Positions 17,740-27,404 of a stretch of DNA of 64,000 nucleotides are shown here, one piece after another. The notes below the pieces were generated by a model. It was not told where the DNA came from. It did not search any database and was given only the letters and a program-made list of their open reading frames with translations. The stretch covers positions 114,217 through 178,216 of the forward strand of contig DXJO01000041.1 of the NCBI GenBank assembly GCA_019057475.1, read 5' to 3'. This DNA is from Candidatus Thorarchaeota archaeon (lineage in GTDB: Archaea > Asgardarchaeota > Thorarchaeia > Thorarchaeales > Thorarchaeaceae). A program made the translations under genes and the position numbers. How positions within the stretch are numbered: position 1 is the stretch's first letter; the number at the start of each line of letters is the position of its first letter.

Positions 17740-19336
17740 TGAAAGAAATATCGTAAGGAGACTGAAAGTAATTATCCTTAGGATACCCTCCATGCTGTCG
17801 AACAATAGAGCAGTAATAGCTGTTCTTGCGTTTTTGTATCTACTCCCATTGGGTACAGCAGCAAGTACGTCCCCCGTTCGAGCTTTGCTCTTCCTCATTA
17901 CTCAGATAATGGTTTTTAGTCTTCTTGCAATGTCTTTTGATCTACAATTAGGACGTGCATCGCTTCTGAATTTCGGACATGTTGCACTTTTTGGTGTGGG
18001 CGCCTATTTCATGGCATTTACTTTGGACGCAGATTTTCTCCCCCCGCCCTTTAATCTCATAGCTGCGATTCCATTTCCCCTTACATTAGTTGTGGCAATG
18101 ATGATTGGCGGTGGTCTCGGGCTCATAATGGGACTGACGACGAGCCGCATGAGAGGCACAGCGTTTGCATTTATTGGTTTAGCGATAGCGATGTTCATCT
18201 ATAATTTCTTCGCTGAAAATCCTGGTCTTTCTGGGGGAGAAACAGGACTGAGGGTACCAACTCCTGATATCATTAGGACTGCTCCTTTCTATCTGCTCTT
18301 TGTCACACTTGCATTTGTATTCCTTGCCGCATTTATTGGAATGGTCGTCCTTTACATAAAGAAGCGGACAGAACCTATTGGTCTAATCCTGGTCACTCCA
18401 GTTATGGTAGCCTTTACAGGTGTCCTATTGATTTTTGGGACAAATGTCTTTGGACCTGTGTTAGTATTCATTGCCTTTCTTGGGATGATTTTCCTCTTCT
18501 GGATTGAACGGAGCAAATCCATTAGTGACCCTCTTCAATATTCTGAGAACCGAACATTCACAGGGGAAGTAAAACCAACTAACAAACTGACTACCTACGT
18601 ATTACCTTTCATTATCATAATAATCGTCCTAATTGGCGTGGTTGTTAGTTTTGGTTCAAACATTGCTCAAATGGTAACACTGTGGATTGAAGATAGCTCC
18701 ACATTTTACTTCACTATTCCAGTGCAATTCTATCTAGTATTGACTTGTCTTGTGATAACCTATGTTTTCATAAAACGATTAATTGCATCACCATTCGGGA
18801 GAATGGTTACTGCGGTCGCTCAAAATGAAGAACGGGCTGAAGCTTTAGGCTACAATAGTTATCGTGCCAAAATAGTTGTGCTTGTTATAAGTGGGGCAAT
18901 TGCCGGCCTTGCAGGGGCGTTGTATGCACCATTCATTAGAATTATTGATCCGCATACCACATTAGGAGTCGAAATAACAATCAATGCAATGTTGTACACC
19001 ATTATCGGAGGAATTGGTACACTACTGGGTCCAATACTCGGAACAGGAGTAGTGGTGTACTCTGAGCTAAATCTAGTGGACTTCATAAGGGAGGGGCTAG
19101 GCCTACCTGGACAATTATGGTTGGTCGGGCTAGGAGTGATGTACATATTCATTGTCCTATTCATGCCTCTTGGTATCGTTGGTTCTATTGGACGAAGGGC
19201 TGGCTCTATCAAAGATAGATTACGACAATTAAAATTAGGTCAATTTGAGTTTGGAATAAAGGATACCGATTATTGGGTCTTTGGATTACTGGGTACAATA
19301 GGTTTGTTCCTATTGTTGTTGATCGTCAGTCTTTAG
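17732..19336 (+). CDS. Liv-type ABC permease (LivM-like), enlarged
   Basis: LNFGHVALFGVGAY, SGGETGL, SPFGR...NEERAEALGY, IIGGIGTLLGP, PLGIVG. Confidence 0.92.
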   Translation: MNNERNIVRRLKVIILRIPSMLSNNRAVIAVLAFLYLLPLGTAASTSPVRALLFLITQIMVFSLLAMSFDLQLGRASLLNFGHVALFGVGAYFMAFTLDADFLPPPFNLIAAIPFPLTLVVAMMIGGGLGLIMGLTTSRMRGTAFAFIGLAIAMFIYNFFAENPGLSGGETGLRVPTPDIIRTAPFYLLFVTLAFVFLAAFIGMVVLYIKKRTEPIGLILVTPVMVAFTGVLLIFGTNVFGPVLVFIAFLGMIFLFWIERSKSISDPLQYSENRTFTGEVKPTNKLTTYVLPFIIIIIVLIGVVVSFGSNIAQMVTLWIEDSSTFYFTIPVQFYLVLTCLVITYVFIKRLIASPFGRMVTAVAQNEERAEALGYNSYRAKIVVLVISGAIAGLAGALYAPFIRIIDPHTTLGVEITINAMLYTIIGGIGTLLGPILGTGVVVYSELNLVDFIREGLGLPGQLWLVGLGVMYIFIVLFMPLGIVGSIGRRAGSIKDRLRQLKLGQFEFGIKDTDYWVFGLLGTIGLFLLLLIVSL

Positions 19337-19403
19337 GATGGAGTTGATGGTATGATCAAGATTTCATCAAGAAAGAAGGTTGAACGAAAAGTGGGTGATT
19401 GTC

Positions 19404-20222
19404 TTGCCATATGAAACTATCGGAGACATCGATATCTATTACGAGATTCATGGACCACCTGAGGCTCCACCACTTGTGTTGATAGGAGGATGGGCTAGTT
19501 ATCGTTGGATATGGTTTCGACAAATTCCTGCCTTCAAAGAAAGATACAGATGTGTTGTGTTTGATAATCGTGGAGCAGGAAGAAGTTCCAAGCCTGACCA
19601 TCCATATACTATGGAAATGTTCGCTGATGATGTTGTTGGTCTGATAGAAGCATTGGATATCGAAAACGCACATATCATAGGGATTTCAATGGGTGGATTC
19701 ATTGCGCAGCAAATTGCGATTTCCTATCCCGAAAAGGTTCGAAGCTTGATCATTGTTTCTAGCAGCTTTGGAGGGCCTAATTCTATTCCTATGGATGATA
19801 AAACAATGGCCATGTTAATTGCTCTTCCAACTGAAACAATATCAAAAGAGCAAGCGAGGGAGATGCGCTATAAAGCTACTTTCAGTACACAATTCCTCCA
19901 AGAAAACAGGTTAGTGATAGATCAGATAGATGAATGGGCTGAACGGCATCCTACGCCGGTATATGCACAAGTGCATCAAAGCTCAGCAGCAAAATCGTTT
20001 AATGCTGAATCGGAAGTGAAACAAATATCTACACCGACACTTATCTTACACGGAGATAGTGACCTTTGTTTTCCACCTAAGAATGCAGAACTGCTAGCTA
20101 ATAGCATATCCACATCGAAATTGAAAATTATAGAGGGCGCATCACATTTTGTCATCATTGAAAAGTATGAAGAGTTCAATAATGAGGTAATGAATTTTAT
20201 AGACGAAGTGGAAAAAGGATGA
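19404..20222 (+). CDS. Alpha/beta hydrolase
   Basis: DNRGAGRS, GISMGG nucleophile elbow, HGDSD, ASH; TTG start after GGGTGA. Confidence 0.92.
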   Translation: MPYETIGDIDIYYEIHGPPEAPPLVLIGGWASYRWIWFRQIPAFKERYRCVVFDNRGAGRSSKPDHPYTMEMFADDVVGLIEALDIENAHIIGISMGGFIAQQIAISYPEKVRSLIIVSSSFGGPNSIPMDDKTMAMLIALPTETISKEQAREMRYKATFSTQFLQENRLVIDQIDEWAERHPTPVYAQVHQSSAAKSFNAESEVKQISTPTLILHGDSDLCFPPKNAELLANSISTSKLKIIEGASHFVIIEKYEEFNNEVMNFIDEVEKG

Positions 20223-20295
20223 CTTATTCCTGAGCCCAAAAGGAAGGTGATTTGGCAAGGAAAAGAATGTTGGGCCCGATAAGCAAACTTAGAGG

Positions 20296-21315
20296 ATGAT
20301 GTTTATGGTTCGTTCAGCTGTGGTCACAGGTCTGGGAATGTATGTTCCTGAAAAGATGTTGACAAATGAAGAAATTGAGCTAGTGCTTGATCGTCCTGGA
20401 ACAGCAGATTGGTTGGTGGAGAATGTTGGCATCAGACAACGTCACGTCATGGCTGAAGATGAGGTGACATCTGATCTTGCTCTTCATGCTGGTCGTGAAG
20501 CATTAGAAAATGCAGGATTGGAAGCAGACGATCTCGACCTAATCATTTTGAGTACTGACACACCGGACTATCTATCTCCAGCAACATCAGTAGTGGTTCA
20601 GCACAAACTCGGTGCGAAGAATGCAGGTACTTTTGACGTCAATTGTGCTTGTGCAGGTCTGGTTACTTCTTTGGACATAGCCTCCCGCTATATTAGAACA
20701 GATTTTGACATCAATTCGGTTTTGGTGATTGGGGCATACGGAATGACCAAATTTGTTGATTGGACAGACCATTATACTTGTACTTTGTTTGCGGATGCTG
20801 CAGGAGCAATGGTACTGCAGGCCAGTGAGGATAGAGAAGGATTCATTGCCTCTGAATTAATAGCGGATGGCTCATTCCATGACCATTTGGGGATATTTGT
20901 CGGAGGAACGGCAGAACCCCCAACAGTTGAAGCGATCCAGAATCACAGGCACCATCTAGCTTTTCGCAAACGCTTTCCGGCCGATACAAACCTTCAACAT
21001 TGGCCAACTATGACAAGAGATTGTGTATCAAAGGCTAATCTGTCCATCGAGGATATCGACTGGATTTTCTTCACTCAGGTGAACATACGAACTATTGAGG
21101 CGGTAATGAAGGAACTAGGTATGCCACTTGAGAAGACTCACAATGTTCTGGATAAATGGGGGTACACGGGTTCAGCTTGTATTGCATTGGCGATGTACGA
21201 TGCCATTGAACAAGGGAAACTTCCACCTCCCGGACAGGGAAACGGCGAGAATATAGCACTCTGCTCATCCGGGGGAGGTTTCAACATGGCTGCCGCCGTT
21301 CTAAGATGGTGGTAA
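20296..21315 (+). CDS. KAS III/FabH-like enzyme (Cys-Thr-Tyr variant)
   Basis: GIRQRH, FDVNCACAG, LFADAAGA; FTQVN in place of HQAN, GYTGSA in place of GNTSA. Confidence 0.9.
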   Translation: MMFMVRSAVVTGLGMYVPEKMLTNEEIELVLDRPGTADWLVENVGIRQRHVMAEDEVTSDLALHAGREALENAGLEADDLDLIILSTDTPDYLSPATSVVVQHKLGAKNAGTFDVNCACAGLVTSLDIASRYIRTDFDINSVLVIGAYGMTKFVDWTDHYTCTLFADAAGAMVLQASEDREGFIASELIADGSFHDHLGIFVGGTAEPPTVEAIQNHRHHLAFRKRFPADTNLQHWPTMTRDCVSKANLSIEDIDWIFFTQVNIRTIEAVMKELGMPLEKTHNVLDKWGYTGSACIALAMYDAIEQGKLPPPGQGNGENIALCSSGGGFNMAAAVLRWW

Positions 21316-21401
21316 TGGATTTTTATTTTGGTTGTGGCTGATTACACAAGAAGCGATTATGCCTATTGAGCAAGAATAGAACTCATATCGAGGGGATACT
21401 A

Positions 21402-22952
21402 ATGGTTAATCAGTTTGACTATCTATCCAAGAGAGATATCTTCTCTCCCGAGGCTGAAGCTCTAGTTGATGTAGAAACCGGGAAAAGATATTCGTATAGA
21501 GCGTTCAACAAACGCGCGAATAAGGTTGCCAACTTCCTTCAACAAGTAGTTGAATTTCAAAAGGGGGATCGTTTATGCATTCTTGCTCAAAATAGCTTGG
21601 AATACTGGGAAGCATTTTTCGGATGTCAGAAGTGCGGAGGTATTTTCAGTCCACTCAACTGGCGTTTGGTCGCCCGAGAATTAGCAGGTTTGGTCAATGA
21701 TCTTAATCCCTCCGTGTTACTCTATGATTCAGACTTAGCTAATGTTGCATCAGAGTTGAAGCAAGAAGTCACGGTTGATCACTGGATCTCATTGGATTCA
21801 AAAGGAACAGAAGTGGAAGGTTCTCTATGCTATGAGGAAGTTATGAATAAAGCAGCATCCAGTCCATCTAATGCTGTAGATCTCTCTTATGAAGATCCAA
21901 TGGGCATCGTGTTTACCGGGGGGACAACGGGACTACCAAAAGGTGCAATGATTACTTACAATCAAGTTGCATTCAATACTCTTAGTACCATTAGGGACAT
22001 CCTTCCAGGTGATGTCTACATAAATCATCTACCCCTATTCCATGTCGGTGGACTCTATGTGTATGCCATTCCACTCTTCATTTTGGGCGGAAAAGTAGTC
22101 CAGATGAAGAGATGGGATCTTGACACCTTAGTGGGTGTGATCAACAAGGAAAATCCCAACTTCTTCTTTGCCGTGCCCACGCAATACCGTATGCTGATGA
22201 ACCATCCCGATTTTCGATCAATTGACTTCAGTAACGTTCGGTTCTTGACTTCTGGAGGTGAACCCTTACCTCTGGACATCATCAAGACATACAGGGAGGC
22301 ACATGGTGTCAAATTCAAACAAGGGTTTGGAATGACAGAAGTTGGACCAGGATGTTTTGCTCTTGACCCATGGGACGCTGAGCGAAAGATTGGCAGCATT
22401 GGTACTCCTAACTTCTTCATTGATGCAAAAGTAGTTGATCCTGAAACTGGAAAGGATTGTGATGCAAATGAGGTGGGTGAACTTCAATTTAGAGGGCCCA
22501 CGGTGACTATCGGTTACTGGAATCGTCCAGAGTTGAATAAGACACTCCTAGATGAAGGCGGCTGGTTTCGGACAGGTGATATGGTGTATTTTGATGAGGA
22601 AGGGTATTACTACGTAGTTGATCGAGTGAAGGACATGTTCATCTCTGGGGGTGAGAATATCTATCCAAGAGAGATTGAGAAGCTCTTAGAAGAACACCCA
22701 AAGATTGCTCAAGTACAGGTGATTGGAGTACCTGATTCCAAATGGGGGGAGGTAGGACGCGCCATTGTTGTCTTGAAGGAAGGACAAGAAGCCTCGGAGG
22801 AAGAGATAATCGACTATTGTGGAAGGAAATTGGCCAGATTTAAGATTCCAAAATCAGTACGCTTCGCAGAAAGTTTCACACAATATATCTCAGGGGCCGG
22901 AAAGATTCTGAAGCGAAGATTAAGGGAAGATTTTGGCCAAGAGGAGAAATGA
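21402..22952 (+). CDS. Acyl-CoA synthetase (AMP-forming)
   Basis: FTGGTTGLPKG, GFGMTE, TGD, DRVKDMFISGGEN, GAGK. Confidence 0.95.
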   Translation: MVNQFDYLSKRDIFSPEAEALVDVETGKRYSYRAFNKRANKVANFLQQVVEFQKGDRLCILAQNSLEYWEAFFGCQKCGGIFSPLNWRLVARELAGLVNDLNPSVLLYDSDLANVASELKQEVTVDHWISLDSKGTEVEGSLCYEEVMNKAASSPSNAVDLSYEDPMGIVFTGGTTGLPKGAMITYNQVAFNTLSTIRDILPGDVYINHLPLFHVGGLYVYAIPLFILGGKVVQMKRWDLDTLVGVINKENPNFFFAVPTQYRMLMNHPDFRSIDFSNVRFLTSGGEPLPLDIIKTYREAHGVKFKQGFGMTEVGPGCFALDPWDAERKIGSIGTPNFFIDAKVVDPETGKDCDANEVGELQFRGPTVTIGYWNRPELNKTLLDEGGWFRTGDMVYFDEEGYYYVVDRVKDMFISGGENIYPREIEKLLEEHPKIAQVQVIGVPDSKWGEVGRAIVVLKEGQEASEEEIIDYCGRKLARFKIPKSVRFAESFTQYISGAGKILKRRLREDFGQEEK

Positions 22953-23761
22953 CAATGCCAGTCAGCAAAGTAAATGGAATAGACATCTATTATGAAATCC
23001 ATGGTGAAGGTGAACCAGTTATCTTTGGAAATGGTGTTTTTTCTAATACATTAGGTTGGATTAATCAAGTCCCAGTTTTCTCCAAAGAGTATCAAGTCAT
23101 TCTGTACGATATGCGTGGGCAAGGACAGAGCGACAAGCCAGAATCTCCCTATTCCTTTGATATCCATGCCGAAGATCAAAAGGCACTTCTTGAAGACATT
23201 GGCATTTCCAAAGTTCATCATGTTGGAATTAGCTACGGAGCCGAACTCGGTCTGGTCTTTGCGCTGAAGTATCCTGAAATGTTGAAGAGCCTCGTTGCTT
23301 GTAGTGCCGTTTCGCATGTGGGTCCCTTGCTCAATGAGATGTGTCAATTATGGAGATATGCCTGTGAGCTTGGAGATCCTGAGTTATTTTATCACGCTAC
23401 TGTCCCCTTAAATTTTGGAGAAACTTTCATTCGAGAAAATACCGCTATTTTGGAACAGGCGAAGGTTCGTTATACTCAACTAGATTATCCACCACTTGTG
23501 AGATTATGTGATGCTTTCCTCATGCTTAATATCACAGACCAACTATCAAAGATCAAAACACCCACCTGTGTTATCGGGGGTGAGAAGGACATCGTAAAAC
23601 CGGTTTATCCGTATTCGCGTATGATTCATGATAAATTGCCTAATTCGGAAATGGTCATTGTTCGTGATTCGGGTCATGCTGTAACATTCGAAAAACCTGA
23701 AGAGTTCAACAGCATAGTTCTAGGGTTCTTACACAAACAATCCCAGAAACACACTCTTTAG
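22949..23761 (+). CDS. Alpha/beta hydrolase (enol-lactonase-like)
   Basis: YDMRGQGQS, GISYG, GEKD, SGH. Confidence 0.92.
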   Translation: MTMPVSKVNGIDIYYEIHGEGEPVIFGNGVFSNTLGWINQVPVFSKEYQVILYDMRGQGQSDKPESPYSFDIHAEDQKALLEDIGISKVHHVGISYGAELGLVFALKYPEMLKSLVACSAVSHVGPLLNEMCQLWRYACELGDPELFYHATVPLNFGETFIRENTAILEQAKVRYTQLDYPPLVRLCDAFLMLNITDQLSKIKTPTCVIGGEKDIVKPVYPYSRMIHDKLPNSEMVIVRDSGHAVTFEKPEEFNSIVLGFLHKQSQKHTL

Positions 23762-23833
23762 AGAAAAGCAGTTCTTCGTTTCTTCTTAATTTGCTAAGAG
23801 ATAAATAGTAGCAAACCCACCATAATGGTTACG

Positions 23834-23854
23834 CATAGAACATTCTATGTTCTA
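23834..23854 (+). promoter_or_regulatory. Overlapping inverted repeats (operator candidate) upstream of the SBP gene
   Basis: CATAGAA-CA-TTCTATG and TAGAACAT-TCT-ATGTTCTA, downstream of TATA-like ATAAATA (23801). Confidence 0.35.
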
Positions 23855-23903
23855 ACTCTAACAGTATTCTCGCAAAAGAAGTACTGTTTAGGGAGGATAG
23901 AAG

Positions 23904-25358
23904 ATGAAAAAAATAAGAACGATATCTCTATCTCTTTCGTTGCTATTATTAGTATCCATTTTCCTACCTTGTTTCTTTGTTAAACCAGCTGCTGCACAAA
24001 CAACTCCAATTAAGATTGGAATTTTCACCCCCGAAACAGCAGGTCTGACAGCTTATGGACCTTGGACAAAACAAGGCTTCGAGTTGGGAATGGTGTATGC
24101 AACCACGATGATGGGATATGACAATGAGAACATGACCGAAGCAGGTCGGCCCTATGAACTTCATTATTATGATACGAAAGGTTCAGTGGTCGATGCAGCA
24201 ACCAAAGCAGTAGAAGCTATCGAAACCGATGGTATTGACATTCTCGTCGGAGCAACTTCTAGTGCAGTTGCCGCAGCAATAGCACCTATTGCCGAAGATT
24301 ACGAGAAGCTATATTTCATATCTCCAGCTGCTGCTTCTTCGCTAACTGCAGAGGACTTTAATCCGTACATTTTCCGTATCGCCAGAAATAACTGGCATGA
24401 TGCCTATGCAGGCGTCACGTATGCTATGGATGAAAATTACCTCAACTATTCGAGATTTGCCTTTCTTGCTGCTGATTATTCCTTTGGATATAGTGGCGTT
24501 CAATCAATGAAAAGTGTAATAGAGGACAGGGGAGGATCGGTGCACAGTATCCAGTATGCATCTCTTTGGGATACTGATTTCTCTCAAGAGATTGATGCTC
24601 TCAAAGCTGCTGATGCAATATGGGGTATTGAGTATTTGTTCATCATTTGGGCTGGAAACTTCGCTTATCTATACAATGATTTAGCAACATACAATCTTGC
24701 AGCTGACATGGAAATTGCTGGAGCATGTATTGATATCCTTTCCATGAACTCCATTGAAGCGAGTTTGACTGCTCCAGGTGCGACCTACATCAATTCCACT
24801 GGGCTCTGTCTATATGGTTATGAACTACCAAACAATGCGGTTAATGACTGGATGGTGGATCAACATGTCACCAGAAACATTAAGCCAAATGGTCAATATG
24901 GACTCCAATATAAAGTTCCAGAGCTTTTCACTGCAAGTGGGTTTGCTACGGCACAATTCTTGGTAGATGTGACGAATGCTATCCCGGACCTTAATACTGG
25001 TTTGATGATCAACTATCTCGAAAGTGGTGTTACCATCAACACCCCGAAGGGACCAACATACTTGAGACCAGAGGATCATCAAGGGCTTGCGGAGATGTAT
25101 ATCGCGAAAGCTGTGAATGATACCCGACCTGGGTCTGAAACAGAAAATCTCATCATTGCCGAATTGGTTGAGATCCTCGACCGTAACGCGGTTGCACCTC
25201 CAATTGCGTCTGGTTATACACCAGGTGGATTTGCACCAACAACAACAACAACAACAACAGCACCACCCCCAGCATTTGATTACTTGACTATCACAGTGAT
25301 TGGTGGACTTGGAGTAGTAATAATCGTGCTCATTGTGCTTTTAGTGCGGAAAAAGTAA
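23904..25358 (+). CDS. LivK/LivJ-like substrate-binding protein with C-terminal membrane anchor
   Basis: Signal peptide, IKIG, DILVGATSSAVA, NPYIFR, ADYSFG; T7-PPP linker, TM helix, RKK tail. Confidence 0.92.
   Translation: MKKIRTISLSLSLLLLVSIFLPCFFVKPAAAQTTPIKIGIFTPETAGLTAYGPWTKQGFELGMVYATTMMGYDNENMTEAGRPYELHYYDTKGSVVDAATKAVEAIETDGIDILVGATSSAVAAAIAPIAEDYEKLYFISPAAASSLTAEDFNPYIFRIARNNWHDAYAGVTYAMDENYLNYSRFAFLAADYSFGYSGVQSMKSVIEDRGGSVHSIQYASLWDTDFSQEIDALKAADAIWGIEYLFIIWAGNFAYLYNDLATYNLAADMEIAGACIDILSMNSIEASLTAPGATYINSTGLCLYGYELPNNAVNDWMVDQHVTRNIKPNGQYGLQYKVPELFTASGFATAQFLVDVTNAIPDLNTGLMINYLESGVTINTPKGPTYLRPEDHQGLAEMYIAKAVNDTRPGSETENLIIAELVEILDRNAVAPPIASGYTPGGFAPTTTTTTTAPPPAFDYLTITVIGGLGVVIIVLIVLLVRKK
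25239..25259 (+). repeat. (ACA)7 encoding the poly-Thr linker
   Basis: Read directly from the sequence. Confidence 0.9.
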
Positions 25359-25370
25359 TGGTACAACTTG

Positions 25371-25420
25371 AAGGTTCAAGCTGGTTTAACTTGAACCTTT
25401 ACTCCTTTTTTTTATTTTTT
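25371..25420 (+). terminator. 10-bp hairpin plus long T-tract
   Basis: AAGGTTCAAG-N9-CTTGAACCTT then CCTTTTTTTTATTTTTT. Confidence 0.7.
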
Positions 25421-25763
25421 GTCAAGTTGATGTGGCTGAAAAGCTATAACACGCTCTGAGTACATTCATAGACAGGAAGAAGCTGATGCCCGTCTATCCG
25501 GAAAAGGAATGGCCAAGATGAAGATAGTGTATCATCCTTTGATGAGTGAAAGCTATGACCGTACACCTGCAGGAGCCCCTGGAAGGCTGGATACCTCTGT
25601 GGAAATCCTGAGCAAACACGCAGATTATGAGTTTGTGGAGGCAAGGCCTGCAACCGAAGAAGAGCTCAATCGAGCTCATGCTCTGAGTCACATCGAGAGG
25701 GTGAAGCGGGACTATGACTCAACAAGGGAGAACCTATTGTATCAGGTAGCGACCCTGGCCGCA
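25401..25763 (+). repeat. Right copy of the ~360-bp direct repeat
   Basis: Matches 11353-11713 at an offset of ~14,050. Confidence 0.95.
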
Positions 25764-26300
25764 GGAGGCGCAATCATGACCGCGGAGATAGCGGTTCAAG
25801 GTGAGCCCGCCTTCGGTCTCATAAGACCTCCGGGGCATCATGCTTCTCACTCCTCGTACTGGGGATTTTGCTACGTGAATAATATTGCAGTTTCGCTGTT
25901 GCACCTCAAGGCAAAAGGGCTGATAGAATCGGCCTACATTCTAGATTTTGATTTGCATACAGGAGATGGTAACATCAATATCCTGGGTGATGAGAAGGGG
26001 ATTATCATCCATAATCCAAGCGGAAATGGCGATGACGCATTCTTGGCAGATGTGAAGCGGGGGCTGGAAGCGGCTCCAGATGTTGACATTATCGTCGCCT
26101 CAGCCGGGTTTGATCAGTACGAACACTGTTGGGGTGGAAACATATCCACTGACGCATTCAAACGAATTGGGTGTCTGATGCACGAGTTTGCTGCGGAGCG
26201 ATGCGAGGGACGCAGATATGGACTACTTGAGGGGGGGTACAACTTCGAGGATCTGGGCAAGAATGTCCTTGCATTCTGTGAGGGCTTGAGAGGCAAGTGA
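25509..26300 (+). CDS. Histone deacetylase-family amidohydrolase
   Basis: RPPGHHA, GFC, DFDLHTGDG, SAGFD, LEGGY. Confidence 0.95.
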   Translation: MAKMKIVYHPLMSESYDRTPAGAPGRLDTSVEILSKHADYEFVEARPATEEELNRAHALSHIERVKRDYDSTRENLLYQVATLAAGGAIMTAEIAVQGEPAFGLIRPPGHHASHSSYWGFCYVNNIAVSLLHLKAKGLIESAYILDFDLHTGDGNINILGDEKGIIIHNPSGNGDDAFLADVKRGLEAAPDVDIIVASAGFDQYEHCWGGNISTDAFKRIGCLMHEFAAERCEGRRYGLLEGGYNFEDLGKNVLAFCEGLRGK

Positions 26301-26319
26301 CCCTGCCCCGTGACCATGA

Positions 26320-26634
26320 CTATTCCGGAATCTCATCGAGAACCTGCTGCATGACCTTCCTGTAACTCTGAAAGGCTGCCCTGCCTTTCTTAGTGAGCGC
26401 GAGAATTGTGTGTGGTTTCTTGTCGACAAACTCCTTCTCGACTTCTATGTAACCTGCAGTTTCAAGTTTACTCATGTGAGAAGATAGGTTTCCCCAAGTC
26501 AGTTGAGTTCGACGCATCAGGAAGATGAAGTCCGCACTCTCAACTACGTATAGCTGTGCCATTATCTTCAATCGTGCGGGCTCGTGGATGAGCTTATCAA
26601 TATCAGGTGAACGAGTATCCTCATCATTGCTCAC
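26320..26634 (-). CDS. Winged-helix (MarR/ArsR-like) transcription regulator
   Basis: DKLIHEPARLKIM...LTWGNLSSHMSKLE.AGYI...LTKKGR. Confidence 0.88.
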   Translation of the reverse strand: MSNDEDTRSPDIDKLIHEPARLKIMAQLYVVESADFIFLMRRTQLTWGNLSSHMSKLETAGYIEVEKEFVDKKPHTILALTKKGRAAFQSYRKVMQQVLDEIPE

Positions 26635-27295
26635 TTGCTTCCACCTCATCCGGTTCGATGATGGGGTGCTTGCGGATGAACCGTATGAATGTAGTCAGAC
26701 CAACCAAGATGATTACGACACCCCACCCAAGGAGGTAGAGGACTATACCTGCCATTGGAGGTTCAAACTCCAGCAGAGCAAAGATAAGCCCGGTTGTCAC
26801 TCCCAGAAGTCCAAACGCAAAGTACCGACGGTCACCTGTCTTTTCTACAAGTGAGAAACTAGCAGGAATCATCAACATACCAAGAGAAACTTGGAAGTAT
26901 TTCCATAATGTATCGTAGATGGGGATGTCACTGGGAATTAAGACCAGTGCAAGGGAAACTACGGCTGAAATCGCCAATACGAAAAGAAGCACTACCGTGA
27001 CAGGCTGGGATGGCTCATCCTGACGAACCTTTACATAGCCAATCCTTGGGTATGTAACCTTTCGCCTCAATTTCTCCAATATTGGTGTTCTGAAGACAAT
27101 CAGCAATATGAAAATGACAGGCGAGGAGAAAAAGCCATACGATCTGATGTCTTGAGACTCAATCATCCATGCTATTATAATAAGACCCAGTCCAACAAAA
27201 ATCTCGGTTAGTCCATCTTGCATGGAGTATCTGTAAGTTTCTTGTTCCAATTCGAGGATATCTGCATTGTCAGACATTCTGAGCATCTGTTTCAT
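26624..27295 (-). CDS. Polytopic membrane protein coupled to the wHTH gene
   Basis: About 6 TM segments, QDGLTEI, TYPRIGYVK; overlaps the regulator start. Confidence 0.75.
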   Translation of the reverse strand: MKQMLRMSDNADILELEQETYRYSMQDGLTEIFVGLGLIIIAWMIESQDIRSYGFFSSPVIFILLIVFRTPILEKLRRKVTYPRIGYVKVRQDEPSQPVTVVLLFVLAISAVVSLALVLIPSDIPIYDTLWKYFQVSLGMLMIPASFSLVEKTGDRRYFAFGLLGVTTGLIFALLEFEPPMAGIVLYLLGWGVVIILVGLTTFIRFIRKHPIIEPDEVEASEQ

Positions 27296-27404
27296 TCATG
27301 CAATCATCCGCTTATGTACTTTGCGTTACAAAGTACTTTGTTCGATATTGGTTACCAATCCTGAAACGCTCAGAAGTTTATATCCGGTGCAATGAGTGAA
27401 ACAG

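Larger units (their letters stand above)
11714..25400. mobile_element. Genomic island (acyl-metabolism plus ABC import), no integrase
   Basis: Bounded by the direct repeats, visibly AT-richer than flanks, interrupts the rpl12-HDAC junction. Confidence 0.75.
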
